64,000 nucleotides of DNA from Bacteroidales bacterium (GCA_045639585.1 JAZUDJ010000140.1:10522-74521); one strand, 5' to 3'. Positions 41,645 to 51,663 are shown, counted from the stretch's first letter. Made by a program: numbers and translations. The notes: generated by a model not told the origin, from the sequence alone.

Positions 41645-42733
41645 TTATTCAGTTGTGCTAACAGAAACAGACAATTTGCCATCTACAGCCTTCTCTCCTA
41701 CGGTGAAAGTGGTAAAGCGAGGATAAGTTACAACTGCAGAATATGGTGCTGCTCCACCGTATATACCCAATTGAGTGTTGTCGGTACCCAAAATGCTTTG
41801 TACCCCTGTAGTCAGAGCGTAATCGTTGTCCATCTCAATCGCAGTATAGCTTGTGGCAGACTCGAAAACTTCAGACATAGGCTTGTATTGACAATTTGTT
41901 ACATATTGAGGAGCAGTAAGATTTGCCATATCAGCCTCAACATCATTAAAACGTCCAGTGAAAATGCAGTTATCCATTGATGATGTTGTTGGGAACAAAT
42001 AGTAGTGTCCATATCTATCAGATGGTGTTGGTGCATTAAAAACGAAAATGGAATTATGTCCCGACATATATGTCAAAGCTCTAGGGGCGTTGTTCGTAAT
42101 TAAAACAGAATTTAGAGAATTGCCTTTTGCATTTGTTCCACGATAATCATTATCTACTCTATATCCAAATACTACAGAATTAATAAAAGAAACCTCAGAT
42201 TCATTCATAACTGAAAAAGACTCTTTTACTCGGCAATTAATCAATCTGCAATTCCTTAATGTCGCATAATAGTATCCGTTATCATAGCGATCCCTAAAAC
42301 CAACATTCTTGATTATACATCTTTTAAACTGCAAATCCTTGATCTCATAAAGATCCGTTTTGTTCAATGGTCTCTCCAATGAAATCTGACAATCGAAATT
42401 AATACCTTCAAAATTCAACCAGTGATTTGATTCATCAGGATCAGAAGATTTGCCAATTACTACTTCTGTATTGATACTTGTAGCCTGCTCAGCAGGTGTA
42501 GTACCAGCGCCCCTGATGTTGAGACTTTTATTGATACTAGCGCCATTGAAAACACCAGTAGAAAGTGTAATCAGGTCACCGTCTGCCGATGCTGCAACGG
42601 CATTGGCAAAAGCTGTAATACCATAATACTCAGTTGTGGTACCCTCATGTGTCAGTGTTGCCACCAAAGACGACTGTGCCATCACACTCAGCGAAGCGAG
42701 GCACATGGCTACGATTGAAAGAAATTTTTTCAT
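41645..42733 (-). CDS. Secreted beta-helix-like protein
   Basis: Signal peptide; AVAASADGDLITLSTGVF..INKSLNIRGAG; C-terminal GTDNTQLGIYGG..P. Confidence 0.7.
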   Translation of the reverse strand: MKKFLSIVAMCLASLSVMAQSSLVATLTHEGTTTEYYGITAFANAVAASADGDLITLSTGVFNGASINKSLNIRGAGTTPAEQATSINTEVVIGKSSDPDESNHWLNFEGINFDCQISLERPLNKTDLYEIKDLQFKRCIIKNVGFRDRYDNGYYYATLRNCRLINCRVKESFSVMNESEVSFINSVVFGYRVDNDYRGTNAKGNSLNSVLITNNAPRALTYMSGHNSIFVFNAPTPSDRYGHYYLFPTTSSMDNCIFTGRFNDVEADMANLTAPQYVTNCQYKPMSEVFESATSYTAIEMDNDYALTTGVQSILGTDNTQLGIYGGAAPYSAVVTYPRFTTFTVGEKAVDGKLSVSVSTTE

Positions 42734-42776
42734 GATTGTTATTTTATTTATTGTTAATATCTTGTCAAACTCTTCG

Positions 42777-42784
42777 CAAATATA
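42777..42784 (-). promoter_or_regulatory. -7 promoter element for the 362aa-485aa-peptide unit
   Basis: TATATTTG on the - strand, 44 nt upstream of the ATG. Confidence 0.55.
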
Positions 42785-42827
42785 ATAAGAAATCGCGAGA
42801 TATAAATATGAGAATAGGTGAGCCGAC

Positions 42828-44945
42828 TTATTCGCCTATGAACACAGCACGGACGGAACAGCCATGAGGACTATCATGTCTATCAAAACTTTGAGATGTC
42901 GTACTCAAGTAAATACGATTGCTGCCATCAATTGCCCAATACCATCCGCCATTTCCTGGTCTTTGTCCATTATTATAATAATAAGGTGTACCATTACCTT
43001 GATTCTGATCACTTACACCAGCAAGCGGCATAAAGATTGAGTTACCTGCATAATCTCCTCTACCTGTAACCTTCCAGCCATTGAGCGTACACCCCGTTTC
43101 ATATTGAATTGAACTACCATCACAATATACAAAATCACAATTATTCAACAACGCCTGCTCTTCTGCAGAAGTTGGCGTGCGCCAATTAGCTCCCCAAAGG
43201 TCCTTGGCTGTATCTCCAGAGGAAGCGCCATTAACATCGGCATAAAGATTGCGTTTGCCGCAGAAAGAGTAATAACCTCCAGTATTAGCAAATGAATATT
43301 CTGTCATACCTTCATAAGTATTTGCACTTGCTCCTACATTGAATGTTGCCCACTTAGGACCACCAGCCCAAAGCTGCACCCAATCGCATGAAGTACGAGC
43401 ATTGGCATTGGTTAGATCTGAAATCGAAACAGTTGCAGAACCTGCGATAGGTCCACTGAACCTCATCTTTGTATCGTTCCAGTCGGTATCATCCTTCAGT
43501 TTTGCCTTTACAGCGTCATCAGTCACGCCATATATGGTGAGACCATTTGCAGTATCTTTGCTTGCGTTATAAAACATCCCCCTCATCTGTTGTATGTTAT
43601 CAAGCGTAAAGTTTTCTCCGAGCTTAAGTGTAGATAGTTTATAGCAATTCATGTACATATCTGTCATAGTTGTCAGATTACTTGTGTTCCATCCAGAGAG
43701 GTCAAGGGTTTCAAGCCTTTGGCAATCGCGGAACATCGCATTCAGACGTTGAACATTTGAAACATCCCAATTAGTTATACCAGACACATCAGTGAGCCAT
43801 TTACAGCCATAAAACATATCATACATTGACACGACATTACGTGTATCAAGTTTATCAAGGCCAGTGATAGTGGTGACATACTCATAGTTACGGAAGAAAT
43901 CGCCACTGCTTGAAGGCATGAGGATAGAAGAGGCCTTAGTACGGATATACAATGTATTTGAATTTCGATCATATACTTCCCAGATAGTGTTGCAACCAAT
44001 ACCACCGACAATTCGGCACACATCACTGACCTCTGCTGTAGGAAGATCCCCTGCATATTCACATTCTATATGGATCTCTTTAGCATAAGAATATTTTCCG
44101 AAAGATGGTTTCTTTAAAATGCGGGCTTGTGTCGATATAGAGTAGTTAGTATCGTCAATCTCTCCGAAGTCATAGATATGGCCTGCCACAGCAGTAAGAG
44201 GATTGACAGCAGTGCGCTCATACACAGCTGTGGCTGTCGTATACGAAACCGTTAACTTGCCCAGATTTTGAGGAGGTACGCAAATGTAATATGTGCTACC
44301 TGCAACAAAAGGTCCGTTCAGTGCAATCTGATATTCCGTATCACTAATATAATCAATTGCACCACTATTTGTGATGATGTACAATCTACCGGCAAGCGGC
44401 TCCACACCATTTAGATATATACCCTGCACACCGTCAAGGGTTTCGGCTATCTTTATCTTAATCAACGCACATGCCTGATGAAGCGTAATCTGATCGGTAT
44501 TCGAACCTTCACCGATGCAAATCATGGCATTAGGGTCATAACTACCTGGCACGGCTTGTTGTATACCTGGCAGATCGGCATAGACTTTTCCCATATCCCC
44601 ATTAGCAGTAGATTGATAAGGACTCAAGAAATAGTATTGATCAGCAGCATCAGCAGTACCCGTGAATGTAGCTACTGAGCCTCCCTCAGCAGTAGTAAAC
44701 TTGAATTGAGTATCGTAATTAATAAACACATTGATGGCATCTTCGGCATTAAATACCACCGATTTCCCATTCTCATCGAGCTGGCTACGTGTATCTCCAA
44801 CATTGGGAGCATTCACAGTAAATGTCATCATCTGCTGCTTACCCTGCTGGGATTCTGCGGTCTCTGACACCATATTCTCATCGCCACAAGAGGCAAAACC
44901 GGCCAGAGCCAGCGCTGCACTCAGAATATATCTTACATTTTTCAT
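42828..44945 (-). CDS. Fimbrillin/type-V-pilin-like lipoprotein with BspA/DUF285 repeats and C-terminal DUF1566/CLec-like domain
   Basis: Lipobox FASC; DTRS..VF..EDAINVF pilin-like N-terminus; LDTRNVVSMYDMFYGC and WDVSNV repeats; WVQLWAGGPKWATFNVGA...GCSVRAV. Confidence 0.8.
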   Translation of the reverse strand: MKNVRYILSAALALAGFASCGDENMVSETAESQQGKQQMMTFTVNAPNVGDTRSQLDENGKSVVFNAEDAINVFINYDTQFKFTTAEGGSVATFTGTADAADQYYFLSPYQSTANGDMGKVYADLPGIQQAVPGSYDPNAMICIGEGSNTDQITLHQACALIKIKIAETLDGVQGIYLNGVEPLAGRLYIITNSGAIDYISDTEYQIALNGPFVAGSTYYICVPPQNLGKLTVSYTTATAVYERTAVNPLTAVAGHIYDFGEIDDTNYSISTQARILKKPSFGKYSYAKEIHIECEYAGDLPTAEVSDVCRIVGGIGCNTIWEVYDRNSNTLYIRTKASSILMPSSSGDFFRNYEYVTTITGLDKLDTRNVVSMYDMFYGCKWLTDVSGITNWDVSNVQRLNAMFRDCQRLETLDLSGWNTSNLTTMTDMYMNCYKLSTLKLGENFTLDNIQQMRGMFYNASKDTANGLTIYGVTDDAVKAKLKDDTDWNDTKMRFSGPIAGSATVSISDLTNANARTSCDWVQLWAGGPKWATFNVGASANTYEGMTEYSFANTGGYYSFCGKRNLYADVNGASSGDTAKDLWGANWRTPTSAEEQALLNNCDFVYCDGSSIQYETGCTLNGWKVTGRGDYAGNSIFMPLAGVSDQNQGNGTPYYYNNGQRPGNGGWYWAIDGSNRIYLSTTSQSFDRHDSPHGCSVRAVFIGE

Positions 44946-44990
44946 ACACTTTGATTGATTTTGTTTTTTACAATTCCATTGATTCACATA

Positions 44991-45137
44991 TTATCCCCAT
45001 GGATTGTACGGATCGTCTTCAAACGCAGGAACCGTACTAGTACAGATTATATCTGCTTCTCTAATCTCTACCACACTGATCTGTGGCTTTGCATACGGCT
45101 TTTTGCCGTCAGTTGCCTGAATGTATTGTTGTTTCAT
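44991..45137 (-). CDS. Small peptide (48 aa) MKQQYIQATDGKKPYAKPQISVVEIREADIICTSTVPAFEDDPYNPWG, YxKP family
   Basis: Translated by hand. ATG ~25 nt downstream of TATATTTG (45162-45169); paralog at 40054-40170. Confidence 0.75.
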   Translation of the reverse strand: MKQQYIQATDGKKPYAKPQISVVEIREADIICTSTVPAFEDDPYNPWG

Positions 45138-45161
45138 AAATTATGTAATTAAATATTATCG

Positions 45162-45329
45162 CAAATATAGTAAAATAATCACATTCTATATATTATATAG
45201 GGCAATGAATGACTCTTATAAAATACAAAATTTCTCTCATATCATACAAGACACTGAAAAATAATGAGATATGAATAAGTAAAAAACAAAAGAAAAATGA
45301 AGAGGGAATAGAAATTATTAGTATCTTTG
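45162..45329. promoter_or_regulatory. Divergent promoter region between the peptide/adhesin unit and AraC
   Basis: TATATTTG on - (45162-45169), TATCTTTG on + (45322-45329), AT-rich spacer. Confidence 0.65.
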
Positions 45330-45352
45330 CACCGAAAATAAATCATAATAAT

Positions 45353-46423
45353 ATGGATAGCCAACTATTACTTCGTGCATTCTTCAGTTTCCTACCCTTC
45401 TTCACCTGCCTATTCTGGCTGATCATCTTTGTGGTGCAATATCGCAGATTAGATGCTGCTAAGCAGATGCTGACGGTATATATCGGCACTTGCGTGGTGC
45501 TGTATTTCTGCCATGCATTGTATTTCACGGTCGGAATACCCTACAAAATAGAGTGTATATGGACGTTTTGTTCTCTATCTGTCTATCCACTATTCTTTGG
45601 ATATCTTTGTCGATTAACATCGAGCGGATTAACCTTCCGACAGGTGTTGCCGTGGCTTTGTCCGGGAGTCGCAGTGGCTTTAGCGAAGTATTTATTCCCA
45701 GATGCAGAAATTGACACACTGCGACTATTGCTCTTTGCCACTCAAATTATCTGCGTATGTTATTTCGGTCTTCGCAGGCTTAAAGCGTTTGACCATCGGC
45801 TTCAGTCATTTTATGCAGATATGGAAGGACGAGACACCACGGCGGTCCATCATCTGCTCATAGCCATCATCTGCGTCAGTGTCCTGTCTGGCATAGCTAA
45901 TACTTTAGGACGCAAGTTCTTTGGAGAGAGTTTGTATCTGCTTGGACTTATCTCGTTGGCGTTCTCGGCAATGCTATTTACGTTGAACTATATCTGTTTC
46001 AACCGTAATTTTACCATCGAAGAATTTGAAGAGGAAAGCGTAGAGAGCGATGCCGGCTCTGATACAGACACTGCAGAAGACAGTGAGGTCATTGGCAAAA
46101 AGCTTGAAGCTCTGATGAGAAACAAGCAGGTCTATCTGATAAAGAATCTGAAGATCAATGACGTGGTTAAGGAAATAGGTTCGAACCGCACTTACGTATC
46201 AAACTACATCAATTCGGTTTATCATTGCTCTTTTTCTGACTATATCAATCAGTTGCGCATCGAGCATGCCAAGGAGTTACTTCTATCATTGGACACAGAC
46301 ACAAAACTATCTACAATAGCCGATGCGTCTGGTTATTCAAGCGAGTCCTCGTTCTATAGGAACTTCCAGAAGATCGCAGGCATGACACCGAATGAATTCA
46401 GGAATAAGAAGGAAGAAAGATAA
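45353..46423 (+). CDS. Membrane-anchored AraC-family transcriptional regulator
   Basis: About 7 TM segments, then NLKINDV..IGSNRTYVS..FSDYINQLRI..SGYSSESSFYRNF..GMTP. Confidence 0.9.
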   Translation: MDSQLLLRAFFSFLPFFTCLFWLIIFVVQYRRLDAAKQMLTVYIGTCVVLYFCHALYFTVGIPYKIECIWTFCSLSVYPLFFGYLCRLTSSGLTFRQVLPWLCPGVAVALAKYLFPDAEIDTLRLLLFATQIICVCYFGLRRLKAFDHRLQSFYADMEGRDTTAVHHLLIAIICVSVLSGIANTLGRKFFGESLYLLGLISLAFSAMLFTLNYICFNRNFTIEEFEEESVESDAGSDTDTAEDSEVIGKKLEALMRNKQVYLIKNLKINDVVKEIGSNRTYVSNYINSVYHCSFSDYINQLRIEHAKELLLSLDTDTKLSTIADASGYSSESSFYRNFQKIAGMTPNEFRNKKEER

Positions 46424-46454
46424 TTTGCCGTTACACCTATTTATATATATAAGA

Positions 46455-46489
46455 GCGAGGGTGTGTCAGTTTTCTTGACACACCCTCGC
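46455..46489. terminator. Hairpin terminator / REP-like palindrome between AraC and asnS
   Basis: gcgagggtgtgtca...tgacacaccctcgc, perfect 14-bp stem. Confidence 0.75.
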
Positions 46490-46513
46490 AAATGTTCTAT
46501 TGTGAAAGTTCTT

Positions 46514-47941
46514 TTAGAACTCTGCAGTCTTAGGAGTACGTGGGAATGGGATCACGTCGCGGATGTTCTGCATACCAGTTACGAAGAGAATCAGACGCTC
46601 GAAGCCGAGGCCGAAACCTGCGTGAGGACATGAACCGAACTTACGGGTATCAAGGTACCACCACATATCCTTCATAGGGATGCCACGGGTCTCGATCTCG
46701 TTGAGGAGCTTGTCGTATGACTCCTCACGGACAGAACCACCGATGATCTCACCGATCTGTGGGAAGAGGACGTCGGTACCCTGTACGGTCTCCTCCATCT
46801 CCTCGCCGTTGAAGACTGGCTTCTCAGCATCGATCTTCATGTAGAAAGACTTGATCTTCTTAGGATAGTTGGTCATGATGACTGGCTTCTTGAAGTACTC
46901 CTCAACGAGGAAGCGCTCGTGCTCAGAAGCGAGGTCATCGCCCCAGTTGCATGGGAACTCGAACTTCTTGCCATCCTTGATTGCCTGCTGCAGAATCTCG
47001 ATACCCTTGGTGTATGGGAGGTGTACAAAGCTGTCCTTGAGAACGCCTTCGAGACGCTCAATGAGAGTTGGGTCGATGAGCTTGTTGAGGAACTCGAGCT
47101 CCTCACGACAGTTGTCAAGTGCCCAGCGTACGCAATGCTTGATGAAGTCCTCCTCGAGGGCCATCAAGTCTTCCATATCGTAGAAGCAGACCTCTGGCTC
47201 TACCATCCAGAACTCAGCCAAGTGCCGTGGAGTATTAGAGTTCTCTGCGCGGAAAGTTGGACCGAAAGTATAGATCTGGCCAAGTGCAGTAGCACCGAGC
47301 TCACCCTCGAGCTGACCTGATACGGTGAGTGAGGTCATCTTGCCGAAGAAATCGTCGTCATAGATGATGCTTCCGTTCTCGTCCTTCTTGAGGTCGTAGA
47401 GGTTCTTGGTAGTAACCTGGAACATCTGACCAGCACCCTCACAGTCAGAAGCGGTGATGAGTGGAGTATGGAAATAGTAGAAACCATGCTCGTGGAAGTA
47501 CTGGTGGATGGCGATGGCCATGTTGTGTCGGATACGAAGGATCGCACCGAACAGATTGGTACGAGGACGGAGGTGAGCCTTCTCGCGGAGGAACTCCATC
47601 GAGTGACCCTTCTTCTGGAGAGGATACTCGTTAGCATCAGCATCGCCGAGGACTTCGATGGCAGAAGCCTGGATCTCGCACTTCTGATTACCACCCTGGC
47701 TGGCTACGAGCTGGCCAGTAACCTTGAGACATGCACCTGTTGTGATGCGCTTGATAGTAGCTTCTTCGAACTTCTCAACGTCTGCAACGATCTGGATGCC
47801 AGATACGTTAGAGCCATCGTTGAGAGCGATGAATTTCAGGACCTTGTTACCACGCATGGAGCGAACCCATCCGCATACGGTAACCTCACGGTCAAGCTGC
47901 TCGCTAGCGAGGACAGCTTTGATAATTTCTCTGTTGAACAT
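46514..47941 (-). CDS. asnS: Asparagine-tRNA ligase
   Basis: [42 protein letters not shown]. Confidence 0.96.
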   Translation of the reverse strand: MFNREIIKAVLASEQLDREVTVCGWVRSMRGNKVLKFIALNDGSNVSGIQIVADVEKFEEATIKRITTGACLKVTGQLVASQGGNQKCEIQASAIEVLGDADANEYPLQKKGHSMEFLREKAHLRPRTNLFGAILRIRHNMAIAIHQYFHEHGFYYFHTPLITASDCEGAGQMFQVTTKNLYDLKKDENGSIIYDDDFFGKMTSLTVSGQLEGELGATALGQIYTFGPTFRAENSNTPRHLAEFWMVEPEVCFYDMEDLMALEEDFIKHCVRWALDNCREELEFLNKLIDPTLIERLEGVLKDSFVHLPYTKGIEILQQAIKDGKKFEFPCNWGDDLASEHERFLVEEYFKKPVIMTNYPKKIKSFYMKIDAEKPVFNGEEMEETVQGTDVLFPQIGEIIGGSVREESYDKLLNEIETRGIPMKDMWWYLDTRKFGSCPHAGFGLGFERLILFVTGMQNIRDVIPFPRTPKTAEF

Positions 47942-47959
47942 ATATACTAATACCTTAAA

Positions 47960-49480
47960 TTACTCAAACGCACCCATCTTGAGGATGTTGACCTCCTGCT
48001 GAGTGAGGTGACGCCAGCGGCCGCGTGGCAGGTTCTTCTTGGTAAGACCTGCGAAGTATACACGGTCAAGCTTAACGACACGGTAGCCGAGGTGCTCGAA
48101 GATACGACGTACGATACGGTTCTTGCCAGAGTGGATCTCGATACCTACCTGATTCTTATCCTCCTCGTTAGCGTAAGCGATAGCATCGGCATGGATAGGA
48201 CCATCCTCGAGCTCGATACCTGCTGCGATCTTAGCGAGATCGGTATCCTCAACGTCCTTGTCAAGCCATACGTGATAGATCTTCTTCTTGACGTACTTAG
48301 GATGAGTCAACTTAGAAGCGAGGTCACCATCGTTGGTCAAGAGGAGGACGCCGGTGGTGTTGCGGTCAAGACGGCCTACTGGGTAGATACGCTCCTGACT
48401 AGCGTTGCGAACGAGATCCATAACGGTCTGACGGCCTTGTGGATCGTCGCTGGTGGTAACGGTATCCTTTGGCTTATTGAGCAATACGTATACCTTACGC
48501 TCAAGGCTCACTGGCTGATCGTTGAAGAGGACGCTGTCCTTACGGGTTACCTTGGTGCCGAGCTCGGTTACTACCTCGCCATTGACCTTGACGCTACCGT
48601 TGGTGATATACTCATCAGCCTCACGACGTGAGCAGACACCTGCGTTAGCGAGGTACTTGTTCAAACGAAGTTCCTCATTTGGATCGACGATTGCCTCAGT
48701 ATACTCTACTGGACGATGTGGATTGTAGCCATTGTTCTGAGGACGACGGTTGTTCATCTGACGACCACGTGGAGCGCCATAACCCTGCTGTGGGCCACGA
48801 CCATAGCCACCCTGCTGGGGACGACCATAACCGCCTTGCTGTGGACGTCCATAGCCACCCTGTGGACGACCGTAACCGCCCTGCTGGCCATCATTGTTAT
48901 AGCTTGGACGCTGTGGACGACCATAGCCACCCTGTTGTGGACGGCCATAACCACCCTGCTGGCGACCATAACCACCCTGCTGTGGACGGCCGTAACCGCC
49001 CTGCTGGCGGCCATAACCGCTCTGCTGTGGACGCTCATAGCCACCTTCCTGCTGCTGTGGACGTTCGTAAGTCTCGCCTCCATTGTTATAAGAAGGACGA
49101 GAATAGTTATTACGTGGAGCAGATGGACGCTGGTAGCCTCCCTGCTCGCCATCGTTGTTGTAAGGACGACGATAACCGCCATTATTTGGACGAGATGGAC
49201 GCTGATAGCCACCCTGAGGACGCTCATAGCCACCTTCCTGGCGTGACTGATAACCACCCTCGCTACGCTCCTGGTAGCCACCACGGTTATAACCTCCTCT
49301 ACTATATCCTGAATAGTCATTAGAGCTACTACGCTGGTAAGGACGACGACCCTGAGGATCGTAGCTTGGCGAATTGCTGAAACGGCTCTCACTGATGCGT
49401 GGACGACGCTTTGGTGCCTGTGATGCACCATCACCACCCTCCTGTGGGGTGTTAGCCTGTGGATTCTGATTTTCTTCCAT
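47960..49480 (-). CDS. rluB: rRNA pseudouridine synthase (RluB/RsuA family) with long low-complexity N-terminus
   Basis: S4 domain RLNKYLANAGVCSRREAD, GRLD catalytic Asp, SGKNRIVRR. Confidence 0.88.
   Translation of the reverse strand: MEENQNPQANTPQEGGDGASQAPKRRPRISESRFSNSPSYDPQGRRPYQRSSSNDYSGYSRGGYNRGGYQERSEGGYQSRQEGGYERPQGGYQRPSRPNNGGYRRPYNNDGEQGGYQRPSAPRNNYSRPSYNNGGETYERPQQQEGGYERPQQSGYGRQQGGYGRPQQGGYGRQQGGYGRPQQGGYGRPQRPSYNNDGQQGGYGRPQGGYGRPQQGGYGRPQQGGYGRGPQQGYGAPRGRQMNNRRPQNNGYNPHRPVEYTEAIVDPNEELRLNKYLANAGVCSRREADEYITNGSVKVNGEVVTELGTKVTRKDSVLFNDQPVSLERKVYVLLNKPKDTVTTSDDPQGRQTVMDLVRNASQERIYPVGRLDRNTTGVLLLTNDGDLASKLTHPKYVKKKIYHVWLDKDVEDTDLAKIAAGIELEDGPIHADAIAYANEEDKNQVGIEIHSGKNRIVRRIFEHLGYRVVKLDRVYFAGLTKKNLPRGRWRHLTQQEVNILKMGAFE
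48760..49260. repeat. Coding tandem repeats (21/24 bp) encoding (Q)QGGYGRP
   Basis: Repeated ccatagccaccctg / ccataaccaccctg units. Confidence 0.85.
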
Positions 49481-49562
49481 AATTATAAAATGTGTTGTGT
49501 AATGTAGCCTCGCGGCTAGAAATTAAAAATAAAAAAATATAAAGGTTAAAGGATTTTACTTA

Positions 49563-50912
49563 TTACATACCGGTGTATGAAGCAGGGGAAAGCTGATGAA
49601 GCTCGGCCTTCACGGCGTCGCTGACATTCAAAGTATCGATGAATGCCGAGATAGTCTCTTCGTTCATACCTGTATTGACACGAGTAAGAGCCTTCAATGT
49701 CTCGTATGGCTTTGGATAACCCTCACGACGGAGGATGGTCTGGATACCCTCGGCAACGACAGCCCAAGCGTTGTCAAGGTCGCGACGGATAGCAGCCTCG
49801 TTGAGGAGGAGCTTGCCAAGTCCCTTCATAGTGCTGGCAATAGCGATAAGCATGTGACCCATAGGTACGCCGACGTTGCGGAGTACGGTAGAGTCGGTAA
49901 GGTCGCGCTGCAGACGGCTCACAGGCAACTTCATTGCCAGGTGGTCAAGGATAGCATTGGCAATACCGAGGTTACCCTCAGAGTTCTCGTAGTCGATAGG
50001 ATTGACCTTGTGTGGCATAGCGCTTGAACCTACCTCACCAGCCTTGATCTTCTGCTTGAAGTACTCCATAGAGATATACTGCCAGAAGTCCTTGTCGAGG
50101 TCAAGGATGATGGTATTGATACGACGCATAGCATCGAACATAGCAGCCAGGTTATCGTAGTTAGAGATCTGAGTGGTCCACTCCTCACGCTGGATGCCGA
50201 GCTTCTCAGCGAGGAACTTGTTGCCGAACTCACGCCAGTTATGCTCTGGATAAGCGATGTGATGAGCGTTGAAGTTGCCGGTAGCGCCACCGAACTTGCC
50301 GCTGACAGGGACAGCCTTGAGGAGCTCGACCTGCTGACGGAGACGATAGACGAAGACCATGACCTCCTTGCCCAGACGGGTTGGAGAAGCTGGCTGGCCG
50401 TGGGTACGTGCCAACATTGGGATGTCCTTCCACTCCTCTGCAAAAGCAGCAAGCTGGTCGATCATCTCCTGAAGAGCTGGGAGATATACCTCATTTACAG
50501 CCTCCTTGATAGACATTGGCACTGAGGTATTGTTGATATCCTGGCTGGTAAGGCCGAAATGGATGAACTCCTTGTACTGCTCCAGGCCGAGACGGTCAAA
50601 TTCCTCCTTGAGAAGATACTCTACAGCCTTGACATCGTGGTTGGTTACCTTCTCGATGTCCTTGATGCGCTGAGCCTCAACTGGAGAAAAATTCTGATAG
50701 ATAGCACGAAGCTCTGCAAAGACTGCTTTGTCAATATTTGCCAACTGTGGCAATGGAAGTTCGCAGAGTGCGATGAAATACTCGACCTCAACGCGAACAC
50801 GATATTTGATAAGAGCGAACTCTGAAAAATAGTTACTCAAGGCTTCGGTTTTGCCATGATAACGGCCGTCAATAGGTGATACGGCGGTAAGTGGTGAAAA
50901 TTCAAAATTCAT
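49563..50912 (-). CDS. purB: Adenylosuccinate lyase
   Basis: SPIDGRY, TNHDVKAVEY, RTHGQ, SSAMPHKVNPID, RLQRDLTD. Confidence 0.96.
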   Translation of the reverse strand: MNFEFSPLTAVSPIDGRYHGKTEALSNYFSEFALIKYRVRVEVEYFIALCELPLPQLANIDKAVFAELRAIYQNFSPVEAQRIKDIEKVTNHDVKAVEYLLKEEFDRLGLEQYKEFIHFGLTSQDINNTSVPMSIKEAVNEVYLPALQEMIDQLAAFAEEWKDIPMLARTHGQPASPTRLGKEVMVFVYRLRQQVELLKAVPVSGKFGGATGNFNAHHIAYPEHNWREFGNKFLAEKLGIQREEWTTQISNYDNLAAMFDAMRRINTIILDLDKDFWQYISMEYFKQKIKAGEVGSSAMPHKVNPIDYENSEGNLGIANAILDHLAMKLPVSRLQRDLTDSTVLRNVGVPMGHMLIAIASTMKGLGKLLLNEAAIRRDLDNAWAVVAEGIQTILRREGYPKPYETLKALTRVNTGMNEETISAFIDTLNVSDAVKAELHQLSPASYTGM

Positions 50913-50976
50913 TTTCTAATGCTCGAGGCAATCTTCTGCCTCTGAAATTAAATGGATATAAAAAAGGGATAATGGA

Positions 50977-51663
50977 TTACTTCCAAAGACGGAGGCCTAC
51001 ATTGAACATCAAGCTTCCCTGGCGTGTTTTGCTGTCAGAGATGAGGTTCGGATAGACACCCGGTTTGTAAATGACATTGACTGAAAGGCTCTTCCAATCA
51101 TAGCCGACACCAACAAGGGCACCCAAGTCCCAGTCACGGCAATGCTCGTTAGGTCCAATCATACGATCAAGGTAGAAACCTGCGTTGAGCGAAAGGCGAC
51201 TCTTGTAAGACAAAGGGAGGAAGCCGCGGAGAACGGCCTGCGCCTCAATAATCTGTGTGCGGATATTCTCGGTGAGATCTGTACGTAACTGAGGGCCATA
51301 GCCTAAGCCATTGTCCTGATAGTAGACCTTCTGTCCACCGTTCTGAAGGTAAGCCAGTGCGAATTGATAACCATAATACTTCTTCTTGCAGATATCCCAA
51401 GAGAACATGAAGTCAAAAGCATCATGGGTATTCTGGTAAGCTCCGGTCTGGCCGAACTTCTTATCCGTATTGTCAAAACCGTCTTTGGTGAGCCAGCTAT
51501 GATTATAGCCAGCAGAAAGGGTAAACGAGTGTCCGTAGAAATAGTTCTTGGCCCTTGCTTCACGCAACGCCTGTTCCTTCTTCGTAAAACGCTGGCCATA
51601 CATTGGCATAGCAAGCACCAGCGACAATAAAAGCAGGAGGCATAACCTCTTATTCAATAACAT
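50977..51663 (-). CDS. Outer membrane beta-barrel-like hypothetical protein
   Basis: Signal peptide; alternating beta strands, GVGYDW, FNVGLRLW. Confidence 0.65.
   Translation of the reverse strand: MLLNKRLCLLLLLSLVLAMPMYGQRFTKKEQALREARAKNYFYGHSFTLSAGYNHSWLTKDGFDNTDKKFGQTGAYQNTHDAFDFMFSWDICKKKYYGYQFALAYLQNGGQKVYYQDNGLGYGPQLRTDLTENIRTQIIEAQAVLRGFLPLSYKSRLSLNAGFYLDRMIGPNEHCRDWDLGALVGVGYDWKSLSVNVIYKPGVYPNLISDSKTRQGSLMFNVGLRLWK

Noticed and set aside
42734-43000. Local diversity-generating retroelement
   Set aside because: I found no reverse transcriptase or template repeat in the window.
40054-45137. Complete lasso/RiPP gene cluster
   Set aside because: There is no cyclase, B1/B2, rSAM, LanM or peptidase-ABC gene in the window, and the tails lack a clear lasso core. 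Kept only as a hypothesis.
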